From assembly GCF_945649885.1 (NCBI RefSeq), contig NZ_CALZFS010000001.1:2030-66029 (forward strand): a stretch of DNA of 64,000 bases, written 5' to 3'. The position numbers were made by a program, and so were the translations under genes. Below, piece by piece: positions 32,691 through 42,313 of the stretch. Numbering within the stretch: position 1 is the stretch's first letter; every line of letters begins with the position of its first letter. A model generated the notes under the pieces. The model was not told the origin of the DNA, made no database searches, and was given only the letters and a program-made list of their open reading frames with translations. Source of the DNA: an uncultured Corynebacterium sp. (lineage in GTDB: Bacteria > Actinomycetota > Actinomycetes > Mycobacteriales > Mycobacteriaceae).

Positions 32691-33881
32691 ATGAACTCAA
32701 TTTTGAACAATATCAATGAAACCCGTGCTCAACGTGAAGAATGGTACAAGGATTTCCACCGTAATCCGGAGCTGTCCAGTGCAGAATTCCGCACCATTGA
32801 ACGGATCCGTACAGAGCTGAAAAACATGGACATCGACGCCCTTGCTGATGTCACCGATACCGGTGTGGTGGCCATCCTCGAAAACGGTCCGGGCCCCGTG
32901 GTGGCCCTGCGTGGGGATATCGATGCCCTTCCCGTGACAGAACAGACCGGCCTGGATTATGCCTCCGAGATTGACGGGGTCATGCATGCCTGTGGTCATG
33001 ATGTTCATATCACCACCCTGCTCAGCACCGTTGATGCCTTCGCCTCCCACAGGGATGCCTGGTCGGGCACCCTGGTGGCGGTATTCCAACCTGCTGAGGA
33101 AACCGCCTCCGGTGCACGTGCCATGGTGGAAGCCGATATTGCCAGCGTGATACCCAAACCTGATGTCTACCTGGGACAACACGTGATGGCATCTAAGGCT
33201 GGTGTGATCTCCATGCCTAAGGACGCCGTGATGTCCACCATGGAATCCATCCGCGTGCGGGTTTTTGGTGCAGGTTCCCACGGTTCCATGCCTCACCTTG
33301 GTGTGGATCCCATCGTGCTGGCAGCTCACATCATCACCCGCCTGCAGACAGTGGTGGCCCGTGAGATCTCCCCCTTTGAATTCGGTGTGGTGACCGTCGG
33401 TGCAGTCAATGCTGGCACCAAATCCAATATCATCCCGGAATCTGCTGAGCTGCTCATCAATACCCGCGCGATGTCTGTGGAGACTCAGCTCCAGATCCGT
33501 ACCGCCATTGAACGCATCATCCGCCATGAATGTGAAGCTGCCGGTTCCCCACAGGAACCCACCTTCGAGTACTACGACCGTGCCCCGCTGACCTTCAATG
33601 ATGCTGATGCCCGCGGCGTGGTGGCTGCTGCCTTCACCGAATCCTTCGGTGATGAGTATGAGGTGGTGCCACCGTCCACCGCATCCGAGGACTTCTCAGT
33701 CATCCCCGATGCCCTCGGTGTCCCCTATGTGTTCTGGTTTGTCGGCGGTTTTGAGAACCCAGATACCGCACCGGGCAACCACTCGCCATTCTTTGCACCG
33801 GCCATCCAACCCACTCTGGACCGCAGCTTGGAGGCCTTCGTGGTGGCGGCATCAGCATGGCTTGCTTCTACAACACGCTGA
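32691..33881 (+). CDS. M20 family amidohydrolase (aminoacylase / hippurate-hydrolase type)
   Basis: Metal-binding motif HACGHDVH..., QPAEE, 396 aa. Confidence 0.8.
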   Translation: MNSILNNINETRAQREEWYKDFHRNPELSSAEFRTIERIRTELKNMDIDALADVTDTGVVAILENGPGPVVALRGDIDALPVTEQTGLDYASEIDGVMHACGHDVHITTLLSTVDAFASHRDAWSGTLVAVFQPAEETASGARAMVEADIASVIPKPDVYLGQHVMASKAGVISMPKDAVMSTMESIRVRVFGAGSHGSMPHLGVDPIVLAAHIITRLQTVVAREISPFEFGVVTVGAVNAGTKSNIIPESAELLINTRAMSVETQLQIRTAIERIIRHECEAAGSPQEPTFEYYDRAPLTFNDADARGVVAAAFTESFGDEYEVVPPSTASEDFSVIPDALGVPYVFWFVGGFENPDTAPGNHSPFFAPAIQPTLDRSLEAFVVAASAWLASTTR

Positions 33882-33947
33882 TCACCGATTGTCTCCGGCG
33901 GTGAGCAGACCAGTCTCACAGGATGTTTTCTCTGGCATGCTATTTAT

Positions 33948-34415
33948 ATGAGACTCCCCAGAAGCCTGCTGGTTCTCCTCTCCCTCGCGCTGCTTACCGG
34001 TTGTTCCCAGTCCGAATCAGCACTGCTGGAGGCACTGGAAGAATCCAAGGCCACCAGTCCCGTGATTGATCTCCGGACTGTGGGGTACGGCGAGGAGTGG
34101 AGCAACTTTGCGGTGGTGTGTCCACGAACCCCTGTGGCACAGGTGCTGCATACGCTGGATACACTGGAAACCATGGATCCCTCAACCGCCAGACCGTCCT
34201 CAGGTGGTTACTATCCCAACCTTGGGGGTTCTGATGATGCTGCCCTGATGTATTGGAACAAGCAGAATGCTGATTTTGATCAGCTCCGTCCCCGAGATGT
34301 GGCACTCTGTCAGTCCAATTCGGATCCGGTCACCCACCTGAACTCCCCGCAGATGCAGTTTCATGAGGGCGCAGATGGCTGGGTATGGGACAACCGGCCG
34401 GCTTCATCAAGGTAG
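33948..34415 (+). CDS. hypothetical lipoprotein
   Basis: MRLPRSLLVLLSLALLTGC is a signal peptide with a lipobox. No recognisable domain. Confidence 0.6.
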   Translation: MRLPRSLLVLLSLALLTGCSQSESALLEALEESKATSPVIDLRTVGYGEEWSNFAVVCPRTPVAQVLHTLDTLETMDPSTARPSSGGYYPNLGGSDDAALMYWNKQNADFDQLRPRDVALCQSNSDPVTHLNSPQMQFHEGADGWVWDNRPASSR

Positions 34416-34565
34416 AGAGCCCGGTTGCTGTTTGCGCACAATCCCCAGCAGCCAGGTCATGCCCGTCAGTTCGTTCATTGCATTCCCTGCCCTAGCAACG
34501 GCACAATGACACTCAGCACATACAGTCTCCTGCCCTATTCACCGCCGCTTCCAGGATGGTTCACG

Positions 34566-35147
34566 ATGAAGATCCCGAATCCTAAAATTTCCTCTCCTAA
34601 GTTTCCCAGCACCACCCTGCCGATCAACATCCCGGGGATCAGGCGTCTGGCAGAACCCCGGTGGGATAAGACCCTGGAGGCCCTCCACACTCAGATTGCG
34701 GAGGCCACCAAAGCCGGCCGCAGTTATGGGGACACCATCACGCCCACGCTCCAGCAGCTGGAGAAGCTCCTGCCCCGTGTGGAAAAGGTGGAGGGGCCTG
34801 ATGCGGTGGCACAACAGTTATGCACCATCGTGATCAGCGAGGACATGCAGTGCGGCATCCAGGAGTTCTGTCTTGCCGCCCCACATCTGGAGTGTCTCAA
34901 TGATGCCCGGGTTCTGGATTATCACTCTGCCACCCGTCATCTCACCACCGCGGCGGCAGCCCTGATCGGTGCTCGTTTTGATGATGGTGATCTCCCACCG
35001 GCCATTGATACGGCCATGGCTTTTGATGCGGTGTTCCATAAGTTCGGTACCGCTCCTCATGAGGACAGCCGGGCCAGGTTCTACACGCGGCTGAGCCCGC
35101 AGGAGGTCATGGAGACCCTCAGCCACTTTGAGTACCGCCCCTATTAG
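34566..35147 (+). CDS. hypothetical protein
   Basis: ORF 34425-35147. ATG 34566 is preferred because AGGA lies 9 nt upstream. No recognisable motif. Confidence 0.45.
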   Translation: MKIPNPKISSPKFPSTTLPINIPGIRRLAEPRWDKTLEALHTQIAEATKAGRSYGDTITPTLQQLEKLLPRVEKVEGPDAVAQQLCTIVISEDMQCGIQEFCLAAPHLECLNDARVLDYHSATRHLTTAAAALIGARFDDGDLPPAIDTAMAFDAVFHKFGTAPHEDSRARFYTRLSPQEVMETLSHFEYRPY

Positions 35148-35153
35148 GCAGCA

Positions 35154-35240
35154 GTTTCCCCTCAGGTCAAGATCAGGAAAAAACCTTCAAAAATCCTGTT
35201 TCCAGCCTTTTCTCAACAAACGTTGACCTGAGGGGGAAAC
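35154..35240. repeat. 87-bp element bounded by 17-bp inverted repeats
   Basis: GTTTCCCCTCAGGTCAA (35154-35170) pairs with TTGACCTGAGGGGGAAAC (35223-35240), leaving one bulged G. The 52-nt interior is A/T-rich. Confidence 0.6.
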
Positions 35241-35257
35241 AAGAGCCCAAAACAAGA

Positions 35258-35301
35258 AAGGCACTGTAGGAAACCCTTCACAAAGGTTCCTGCAGTGCCT
35301 T
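35258..35301 (-). terminator. Rho-independent terminator of purA
   Basis: On the minus strand: AAGGCACTGCAGGAACC...GGTTTCCTACAGTGCCTT followed by TCTTGTTTTGG. Confidence 0.75.
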
Positions 35302-35323
35302 CAGCTACAGCAGCGTAAAAAAA

Positions 35324-36613
35324 CTAGTCTTCCAGGACGTCGTGAAGCACGATGGTCTGGTCGCGGCCGGGGCCGACACCGATGTAGGAGAAGCGTGCAC
35401 CGGAGAGTTCCTCGAGGCGGCGGACATAGTCCTGTGCCTTCTGTGGGAGGTCCTCGAAAGTGCGGCAGCCGGTGATGTCCTCGTCCCATGCAGGCATGGT
35501 TTCGAAGATCGGCTTGGCGTGGTGGAACTCGGACTGGGTCATCGGCATCTCGTCGTGGCGGACGCCGTCAACGTCGTAGGCCACACAGATCGGGATCTCG
35601 CCGATGCCGGTGAGCACGTCGAGCTTGGTCAGGAAGTAATCGGTGAAGCCGTTGACGCGGGTGGCATAACGGGCGATCACGGAGTCATACCAACCACAGC
35701 GGCGGGTACGTCCGGTGTTCACGCCGACTTCGCCGCCGACACGCTGGAGGTACTCGCCCCATTCGTCGAAAAGCTCGGTTGGGAAGGGGCCTGCACCAAC
35801 ACGGGTGGTGTAGGCCTTGATGATGCCCAGGGTGGTGGTGATGCGGGTTGGTCCGACACCGGAACCCACGCAGGCGCCGCCTGAGGTTGGGTTGGAGGAG
35901 GTGACGAAGGGGTAGGTGCCGTGGTCCACGTCGAGCATGGTGGCCTGGCCGCCTTCCATGAGGACGGTCTTGCCTTCATCGAGTGCGTTGTTGAGCACGA
36001 GGGTGGCGTCGATGACCATGGGGCGCAGGCGCTCGGCGTAAGAGAGGAAGTAGTGCACGATTTCCTCAGCGACAATCGCCTTGCGGTTGTACATCTTAAC
36101 CAGGACCTGGTTCTTCACATCAAGTGCAGATTCGATCTTCTGGCGCAGGATGGACTCATCGAAGATGTCCTGCACGCGGATGCCCACACGGGAGACCTTG
36201 TCCGCGTAGGTTGGGCCGATGCCGCGGCCGGTGGTGCCGATGGCGCGCTTACCCAGGAAACGTTCCTGAACGCGGTCCATGACCTGGTGATAAGGCGCGA
36301 CCAGATGTGCGTTGGCGGAGATGCGCAGGCGGGACGTGTCCGCGCCGCGTGCTTCCAGGCCGTCGATTTCCTCGAAGAGGGCTTCCAGGTTGATCACGAC
36401 ACCGTTGCCCAGGATGGGTACCGCGGTATCGGAAAGAACTCCGGCGGGAAGGAGCTTGAGCTCATACTTCTCGCCGCCGACAACAACGGTGTGTCCGGCA
36501 TTGTTGCCACCATTGGGTTTGACCACGTAGTCGACGAGTCCGCCGAGAATATCCGTGGCCTTACCTTTGCCTTCATCGCCCCATTGGGCGCCGACAATAA
36601 CGATTGCAGCCAT
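35324..36613 (-). CDS. purA: adenylosuccinate synthetase
   Basis: [12 protein letters not shown]-loop, GTTGRGIGP, 429 aa. Confidence 0.95.
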   Translation of the reverse strand: MAAIVIVGAQWGDEGKGKATDILGGLVDYVVKPNGGNNAGHTVVVGGEKYELKLLPAGVLSDTAVPILGNGVVINLEALFEEIDGLEARGADTSRLRISANAHLVAPYHQVMDRVQERFLGKRAIGTTGRGIGPTYADKVSRVGIRVQDIFDESILRQKIESALDVKNQVLVKMYNRKAIVAEEIVHYFLSYAERLRPMVIDATLVLNNALDEGKTVLMEGGQATMLDVDHGTYPFVTSSNPTSGGACVGSGVGPTRITTTLGIIKAYTTRVGAGPFPTELFDEWGEYLQRVGGEVGVNTGRTRRCGWYDSVIARYATRVNGFTDYFLTKLDVLTGIGEIPICVAYDVDGVRHDEMPMTQSEFHHAKPIFETMPAWDEDITGCRTFEDLPQKAQDYVRRLEELSGARFSYIGVGPGRDQTIVLHDVLED

Positions 36614-36746
36614 TGGTTTACGTCACATCCGATCCGTGAAGTTGGAGCGTGCACGCGTGTGCGCACACAGACGTTATTTCATACTACTAGGCACAGTCGC
36701 GAATCTCGGCATTGGAATCCCAAGTCTGACTACTAAGGTTATCTGT

Positions 36747-37598
36747 ATGCGTCTTCTTGTCCTGCGTTGCGAAACCCCCTCCGTCACCGATTTTTCTGCA
36801 GCTCCCGTGGTACCGGAGGTCCATGACCTGCCTGCTCTGCCCACGCGCCGTGACCTGAGGATGCTTGACGACGCAGCCTTCGACGTCCTTCCCACCGATC
36901 CCACCCCTTCCCTGGATGAAATTGCCCAGCAGCCCGATGTGGCACACCTCAGTACCCCGAAGCCTGCACCCCAGCAACCAGAACGCCCCCTGCGTGTGGT
37001 GGTCATCGGTGATGATGCAGCCTTGTCTGCAGTGATCACACGTCTGATGCGCGGCGATAACCTCTGGGCTGAGGTGGGTTATGTTCCGGTGGGTGACTCC
37101 ACCGCGGCAAAGAACTGGGGTATCCCGGCTGACCCAGCTGAAGCTCTGACGTTGGCTCTGACTGGTGTGGTCAAACCTGTGCCCACCATCCGTGACGATA
37201 CCGCCGTGGCGATCGCTGGTTCCGCGAGTGTCTCCGAGTGGGAACCGGGTGAGATCACCGGTGAGATCATCGTGGATGACCGCGTACTCATCCGCCATGA
37301 AGCCAGGGAGAAAACCCCACGCCGGGGTGTCTTCGGAGCCCGCCTGGTGCCCATGATGGATGCCCCCGGTATCGTCGCCGTCACCATGGACACTCCCCTT
37401 CCCGGCACGGAGATCAAAAAGGGTCTGCGTAAAAGGCCCGCCGGCACCGTCGATGCTGACACACTGTCCACAGGACGTGCCCTCCAGGCCGGTGGTCCCT
37501 CCCTGAAGATCATCGTGGATGGGGTTTCACGCAAGCGCGCCGTGGAACGGGTGACCTTCTACCGCCACCTGCGTGACCTGCAGATTGTCCGCCCCTGA
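36747..37598 (+). CDS. conserved hypothetical protein, diacylglycerol-kinase-catalytic-domain-like with degenerate motifs
   Basis: LRVVVIGDDAALSAVITRLMRGD...VGYVPVGDSTAAKNWGIP aligns by eye with DAGK_cat vvvaGGDGTvnevvngl...giiPlGTgNdfar. Start taken at ATG 36747, but it is uncertain. Confidence 0.45.
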   Translation: MRLLVLRCETPSVTDFSAAPVVPEVHDLPALPTRRDLRMLDDAAFDVLPTDPTPSLDEIAQQPDVAHLSTPKPAPQQPERPLRVVVIGDDAALSAVITRLMRGDNLWAEVGYVPVGDSTAAKNWGIPADPAEALTLALTGVVKPVPTIRDDTAVAIAGSASVSEWEPGEITGEIIVDDRVLIRHEAREKTPRRGVFGARLVPMMDAPGIVAVTMDTPLPGTEIKKGLRKRPAGTVDADTLSTGRALQAGGPSLKIIVDGVSRKRAVERVTFYRHLRDLQIVRP

Positions 37599-38398
37599 CA
37601 GATCCTTGAGCGTGTCATCCCAGAAGTTGTGACTACCAAAGATAATGCTGACATCTTCCGGCCCCCAGGGGAGACATCCCGGATGTTCCCCGTGAAACAT
37701 GATGGAACCATATCTGGCAACCATTCTGCGCTGTTCCCGCCACCTGCGTCATGCTAACTCTCATCCTTCTCATCACCTCATCAATGCCAGGTCTCCAACG
37801 CCATTGCTGAGCCCAGTCGGGAAACCATGGATCTGGCACAGCGTATCTGTCCAGTCCGCGACGAAGACGCAGTCCAGGTACAGGTACAGGGACCAGGGAC
37901 CAGGGTGATCATCCCTGGGATGAGATCCTGGCAGACCGCCCTGGCTGCCTGGTGTGGATTGACTACCGCATGCTGGTCTCTTGGGTCATGGAGAATGACG
38001 CCGTGATCACCGCGGACCGCTCAGTGAGTGATTTCCTGGTTGCGGGACAACCCCTGATGCAGGTCTGGTGAGAGGGTGAGCTCAGTGAGCAGGAACTCCA
38101 CCAGGATGTGGCCTTCGGATTCCGTCAGCTCACCGGTATCGCCGACCGTGCCCTATCGGGCAGTATCAATAATCCTGTGTCGGCTGTGCAGAGTGTTCAG
38201 GAGACCCATAAACTTCTCCGGTACCTGGTCACCATACGGGCGCAGTCATCAAACCCAGCCCCTCTATTGCTGATGATCATGGTCAGATCTGGTCCCCGAT
38301 GCCATACGGAACATGGTGGAAAACCTGGCCACTGTAGCCGCTGATTCCTGCCTGCGGTGGGGAACGGAAGGAAGCTGCTCAGTTCTTAACTGACTCCC
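37599..38398. pseudogene. gene-poor 0.8 kb segment with coding-like fragments in several frames (possible decayed gene or genes)
   Basis: No ORF exceeds 78 aa. Plausible peptide stretches switch frame, e.g. + strand MDLAQRICPVRDEDAVQVQVQGPG then GDHPWDEILADRPGCLVWIDYRMLVSWVMENDAVITADRSVSDFLVAGQPLMQVW. A micro-repeat at 37875-37905 sits at the frame switch. Confidence 0.3.
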
Positions 38399-39577
38399 CT
38401 AGAGTTCCTCTTCCATATCCACCCAGACCTCTGGTGGGTAGGCCGGGCTTTCAGAGGTGGGCACCAGGACCGCCACCGCTGATTCCCGTGACATACCGCA
38501 GATCTGCAGCAGGTCCACGATGATGGATCTGGACTGTGCCAGAATCACCTGGGCGGACAGCACCCTGCCTTCAGCCACGTCCATGCCCACACGTCCGCCG
38601 AGGTAGCGCAAACGCCGCACCAGATCAGGGATCTCGGTGGCCTCGCTGACTTCCCGGTGACGTTCATAGAGGTCCGACAGGCTCAGTGCGATGGCTGCGA
38701 TCTCCTCGATGATCTCAATCTGTTCCTCACTGATCTCATCGCCATCCTGAGTCAGGATCAAGGCTCTTCTTGCCAGGACACGGCTGTTGCGGATGGTGTT
38801 ATCCACGGGGGAGAGAATCCTGATCAGGGATCTGATGCGTCCGCGGTTACCCCACTGGAAAGGTGAGATGGTGGCCTGCTCCTTACCGGAGGAAGCTGCT
38901 GTTTTGAGCTTATCCACATCAGTCTGGGAATTACGGATGGCGGTCAGTGCAGCATCCAGGGCCCGGGAGTCCTTCGCTCTCAGGGCATCTGCCACATCAT
39001 CGAGCACACTCGAGGCAATACCTAAGACATTGGCTACCTGCTGCCTCCCTGCCCGCAGCGGTGATGATGGCAACAGAGCGATAACCAGAATGCCCACCAC
39101 ACCACCGATCAAGGCATCAAGCATGCGGTCAAAGCCCCCGCCATCACCCGGGGGCATGATCGTGGAGATGAGGATGCCACCGATGGCCATCTGGTTACTC
39201 ACCAGACCTGACTTGGACACAAAGGACGCCACCGTCAGGGCACAGAACACCACCGCGAAAATCTGCAGATACCCCGATCCGATCTGCATGATGATCAGAT
39301 CGCCCACACCCACGCCTAAGGCACAGCCCAGGGTGAGTTCCACCGCCCTTTTCACCCGCTCACCACCAGTGAGGCCCAGGATGATCACGCACGCCATGGG
39401 TGCGAAGAAGGGCAGGAAGTGACCGGCGACTTCCACTGCGAACCAGTAGGCAAGACCAGCGCCGATAGCCGACTGCATGATGAACAACACCCGGGTGCGG
39501 ACACGCAGCAATCGGTTACGCAGGGAGGTGTCTATCTCATTGAGTCTGGCGATGGTGCCAAGCTTCTTCTTTGCCAT
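38399..39577 (-). CDS. FUSC / aromatic-acid-exporter (ArAE)-like membrane protein
   Basis: N-terminal half has 5-6 TM helices (AIGAGLAYWFA..., GGILISTIMPPG). C-terminal half is a cytoplasmic helical domain. Confidence 0.65.
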   Translation of the reverse strand: MAKKKLGTIARLNEIDTSLRNRLLRVRTRVLFIMQSAIGAGLAYWFAVEVAGHFLPFFAPMACVIILGLTGGERVKRAVELTLGCALGVGVGDLIIMQIGSGYLQIFAVVFCALTVASFVSKSGLVSNQMAIGGILISTIMPPGDGGGFDRMLDALIGGVVGILVIALLPSSPLRAGRQQVANVLGIASSVLDDVADALRAKDSRALDAALTAIRNSQTDVDKLKTAASSGKEQATISPFQWGNRGRIRSLIRILSPVDNTIRNSRVLARRALILTQDGDEISEEQIEIIEEIAAIALSLSDLYERHREVSEATEIPDLVRRLRYLGGRVGMDVAEGRVLSAQVILAQSRSIIVDLLQICGMSRESAVAVLVPTSESPAYPPEVWVDMEEEL

Positions 39578-39597
39578 GGCTTCAACATTAGTGTCAT

Positions 39598-39648
39598 TGA
39601 GAAAACAACAACGCCTGGTTCCCGGAAACTTCCGGTGAACCAGGCGTT
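39598..39648 (-). terminator. Rho-independent terminator of fba
   Basis: Perfect 12-bp stem AACGCCTGGTTC/GAACCAGGCGTT with an inner CCGGAA..TTCCGG. GTTGTTTTCTC follows on the minus strand. Confidence 0.8.
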
Positions 39649-39692
39649 AGTGATAAAAGCTACCTGTTGAGAACAGGCACTGAAGCCAGGTG

Positions 39693-40727
39693 TTACTTGG
39701 CGGTGGTCTTGCCCACGGACTTCAGGTCCTGGCAGGACTCAACGATGCGCTCAGCCATGCTCAGCTCTGCCTTCTTCAGGTAGGAGCGTGGGTCGTAGGC
39801 CTTCTTGTTTCCGACCTCGCCGTCGATCTTCAGCACGCCGTTGTAGTTCTCGAACATGTGGGAAACAACCGGGCGGGTGAAGGCGTACTGGGTGTCGGTG
39901 TCAACGTTCATCTTGATGACGCCATAACGCAGGGACTCCTCGATCTTTTCCTTCTCGGAGCCGGAGCCACCGTGGAAGACGAAGTCGAATGGCAAGGCGT
40001 CGTCGCCCAGGCCAAGCTTCTTGCGGGCAACCTGCTGGCCCTCAAGGAGGATCTCCGGCCGCAGCTTCACATTGCCTGGCTTGTACACGCCGTGGACGTT
40101 GCCGAAGGTGGCAGCGAGCAGGTAACGGCCGTGTTCGCCGGTGCCGAGGGCGTCAATGGTCTTCTCAAAGTCCTCGTGAGTGGTGTAGAGGTTGGCGCCG
40201 GCCTTGGCCTCAACGCCGTCTTCCTCGCCACCGACAACACCGATCTCAACTTCGAGGATGATGTTGGCAGCGCGGGACTTGGCCAGCAGTTCCTGTGCGA
40301 TCTCGAGGTTCTCATCGATTGGAACAGCGGAACCATCCCACATGTGAGACTGGAAGAGTGGGAGCTCTCCGCGGTCAACGCGCTCCTGGGAGATAGCCAG
40401 CAGGGGGCGGACGAACTCGTCCAGAACCTCCTTCTGGCAGTGGTCGGTGTGCAGCGCAACGTTGATGCCGTAGCTCTTGGCAGCTTCGTGTGCGAAGGCA
40501 GCCAGTGCGACAGCACCCTTAACCTTGTTCTTCACGGACTGGCCGGAACCGAACTCAGCACCACCGGTGGAGAACTGGATAATACCGTCAGACTCCGCGT
40601 CTGCGAAGCCCTTCAGCGCAGCGTTGATGGTTTCCGAGGAGGTGCAGTTGATCGCTGGGAAGGCGAAGCCACCCTCCTTGGCGCGGTCGAGCATCTCGTT
40701 GTAGACCTCGGGAGTTGCGATTGGCAT
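39693..40727 (-). CDS. fba: class II fructose-bisphosphate aldolase
   Basis: FAFPAINCTSSETINA..., HTDHC, FVFHGGSGS. 344 aa. Confidence 0.95.
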   Translation of the reverse strand: MPIATPEVYNEMLDRAKEGGFAFPAINCTSSETINAALKGFADAESDGIIQFSTGGAEFGSGQSVKNKVKGAVALAAFAHEAAKSYGINVALHTDHCQKEVLDEFVRPLLAISQERVDRGELPLFQSHMWDGSAVPIDENLEIAQELLAKSRAANIILEVEIGVVGGEEDGVEAKAGANLYTTHEDFEKTIDALGTGEHGRYLLAATFGNVHGVYKPGNVKLRPEILLEGQQVARKKLGLGDDALPFDFVFHGGSGSEKEKIEESLRYGVIKMNVDTDTQYAFTRPVVSHMFENYNGVLKIDGEVGNKKAYDPRSYLKKAELSMAERIVESCQDLKSVGKTTAK

Positions 40728-41003
40728 AGAAAGTCTCCTCTATAAGCTGACTGTCGTTGTAGACATGGTCATTGCAGAATCCGATATGTACTCCGGGATT
40801 CCCCGGACACAGGTGTGCGCACCGCCGACCCCACAGCGCCCAAATGTCCGAACAAGTCTGATCGGGCACTGCTTGTGGTCTCGACGACTGCCTAGATTCA
40901 ATTATGCCCGCATCACGCCATTTTTGCGCTGTGATAAATGCCTCTCTCGAAGGACAACGCGGACATGCAGGTCAACGTGGTTCACCGCGATGCGAACGGG
41001 GGG

Positions 41004-42221
41004 TCATTTCGTTCTTCCGGTGAATTCATTTCCCTGATCCACCACTGCCTCCGCCACATGAGCCGCAGCCTCCATCAGCATCCAACCGGACAACTGGACC
41101 GAGAGATCACGCTCATCCACACGAACCACACTCACGATCTCATTGAATCCGGACGATCCCAGACCAAAGTTCTGTGGCAGACGCGCATCAGCGGTCCAGT
41201 CCGTGGCAAACACAGGCAGGCCATCAACCTCAAGGCGGTGATTCCACACGCTCTCCGCGGATTCAATCACCATGCGGGTGGCCTTCCGCTTAGTTTCCCG
41301 GTTGGCCACGGAATCATCGGGAAGGCGGACAGCCACATCGGCAAGATAACGCACCAGGATTCCCTTGAATAATCCACCATCACCATCACCGGTATCCCAA
41401 TCAATAACACCCTGGCGGTTGGCCATATGACGGGAGATGGCATCTACCAACTCGCGGATGCGGATGATATAGCGCAGGGAATCCTCCGCCTTGTCGGCAT
41501 CACGCCAACTGTCCACATCCGTGGAGGAGACACCCTGGCGTTCACGCAGCTTCAAGGCGATCTCCAGGCAGGCACCCAATGCCACGCCCTGACAGTAGGG
41601 GTGGATATTGCGCACCAGTTCAGGGCCATGCATGCGCATACGCAGACCATCCATGACCAGGCCATCCACATCGATCAGATTGTCAAAGATCCATTCGACA
41701 ATGTCGATCGCCTGAGCCAGGCGATCGGTGCGCGCCATCATGATGGCCGCTGGACCATTGGAGGGAACATTGTAGAAGGTCTCACCCGAACGCCACGGCA
41801 ACACACCGGTCAGCGAGTCCACCCCAGCCACGATATTGCTCTCCAGTGGCTTCAGGGCTTTCGGCGCACGTACCTTGCGCACCTTGCCTGCACGCCCCAT
41901 AGCAAGTGCCAACCAGGCCTTGTCATCGTAATAACGGTTGGTGCTCAACTTCTTCACGTTGCGCACGGCGATGCCGCGCATGGTGTACCGGATGCGATCC
42001 CGGCGCGCCTTGGTGGTGCGTCGGCGGGCCGCGTCCACCAGGCAATCCAGATAATGGGCCTGCCACCAGTAGTGCCAGTGGAAGAAGAGCTTTTCCTTGC
42101 CATTTGCCGGCCATGCGACATAGCCGAGGTTGGTTCGGGGCAGACCCCAGACACGAGCGGCGTGCCGCTCGTTGATGGCAGATTCGGCCAGATCAGCGCG
42201 ATTGACCCATGTATCTAACAC
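41004..42221 (-). CDS. glycoside hydrolase family 76-like protein (alpha-1,6-mannanase fold)
   Basis: FFHWHYWWQAHYLDCLVDA, YYDDKAWLALA. 405 aa. Confidence 0.7.
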   Translation of the reverse strand: MLDTWVNRADLAESAINERHAARVWGLPRTNLGYVAWPANGKEKLFFHWHYWWQAHYLDCLVDAARRRTTKARRDRIRYTMRGIAVRNVKKLSTNRYYDDKAWLALAMGRAGKVRKVRAPKALKPLESNIVAGVDSLTGVLPWRSGETFYNVPSNGPAAIMMARTDRLAQAIDIVEWIFDNLIDVDGLVMDGLRMRMHGPELVRNIHPYCQGVALGACLEIALKLRERQGVSSTDVDSWRDADKAEDSLRYIIRIRELVDAISRHMANRQGVIDWDTGDGDGGLFKGILVRYLADVAVRLPDDSVANRETKRKATRMVIESAESVWNHRLEVDGLPVFATDWTADARLPQNFGLGSSGFNEIVSVVRVDERDLSVQLSGWMLMEAAAHVAEAVVDQGNEFTGRTK

Positions 42222-42313
42222 TTATTGTTTCTTGCTCCGGGAAGTAGTTTCGTGGGGTGGGTGAATATCCCTTGAAGTATAACGAAATACTAACGGTCCT
42301 GGGGAGCAAAAAG

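Noticed and set aside
39690-40745. 351-aa ORF on the + strand opposite fba. Similar long antisense ORFs occur at 58119-59798 (opposite ald), 22555-23586 (opposite pknG), 28340-29350 (opposite fprA), 49097-50179 (opposite clpB), 43836-45110 and 35921-36736.
   Set aside because: These are mirror-frame ORFs, as expected in high-GC DNA. Their translations are Gly/Val/Asp/His/Leu-rich with no motifs, while the opposite strand encodes unmistakable conserved enzymes.
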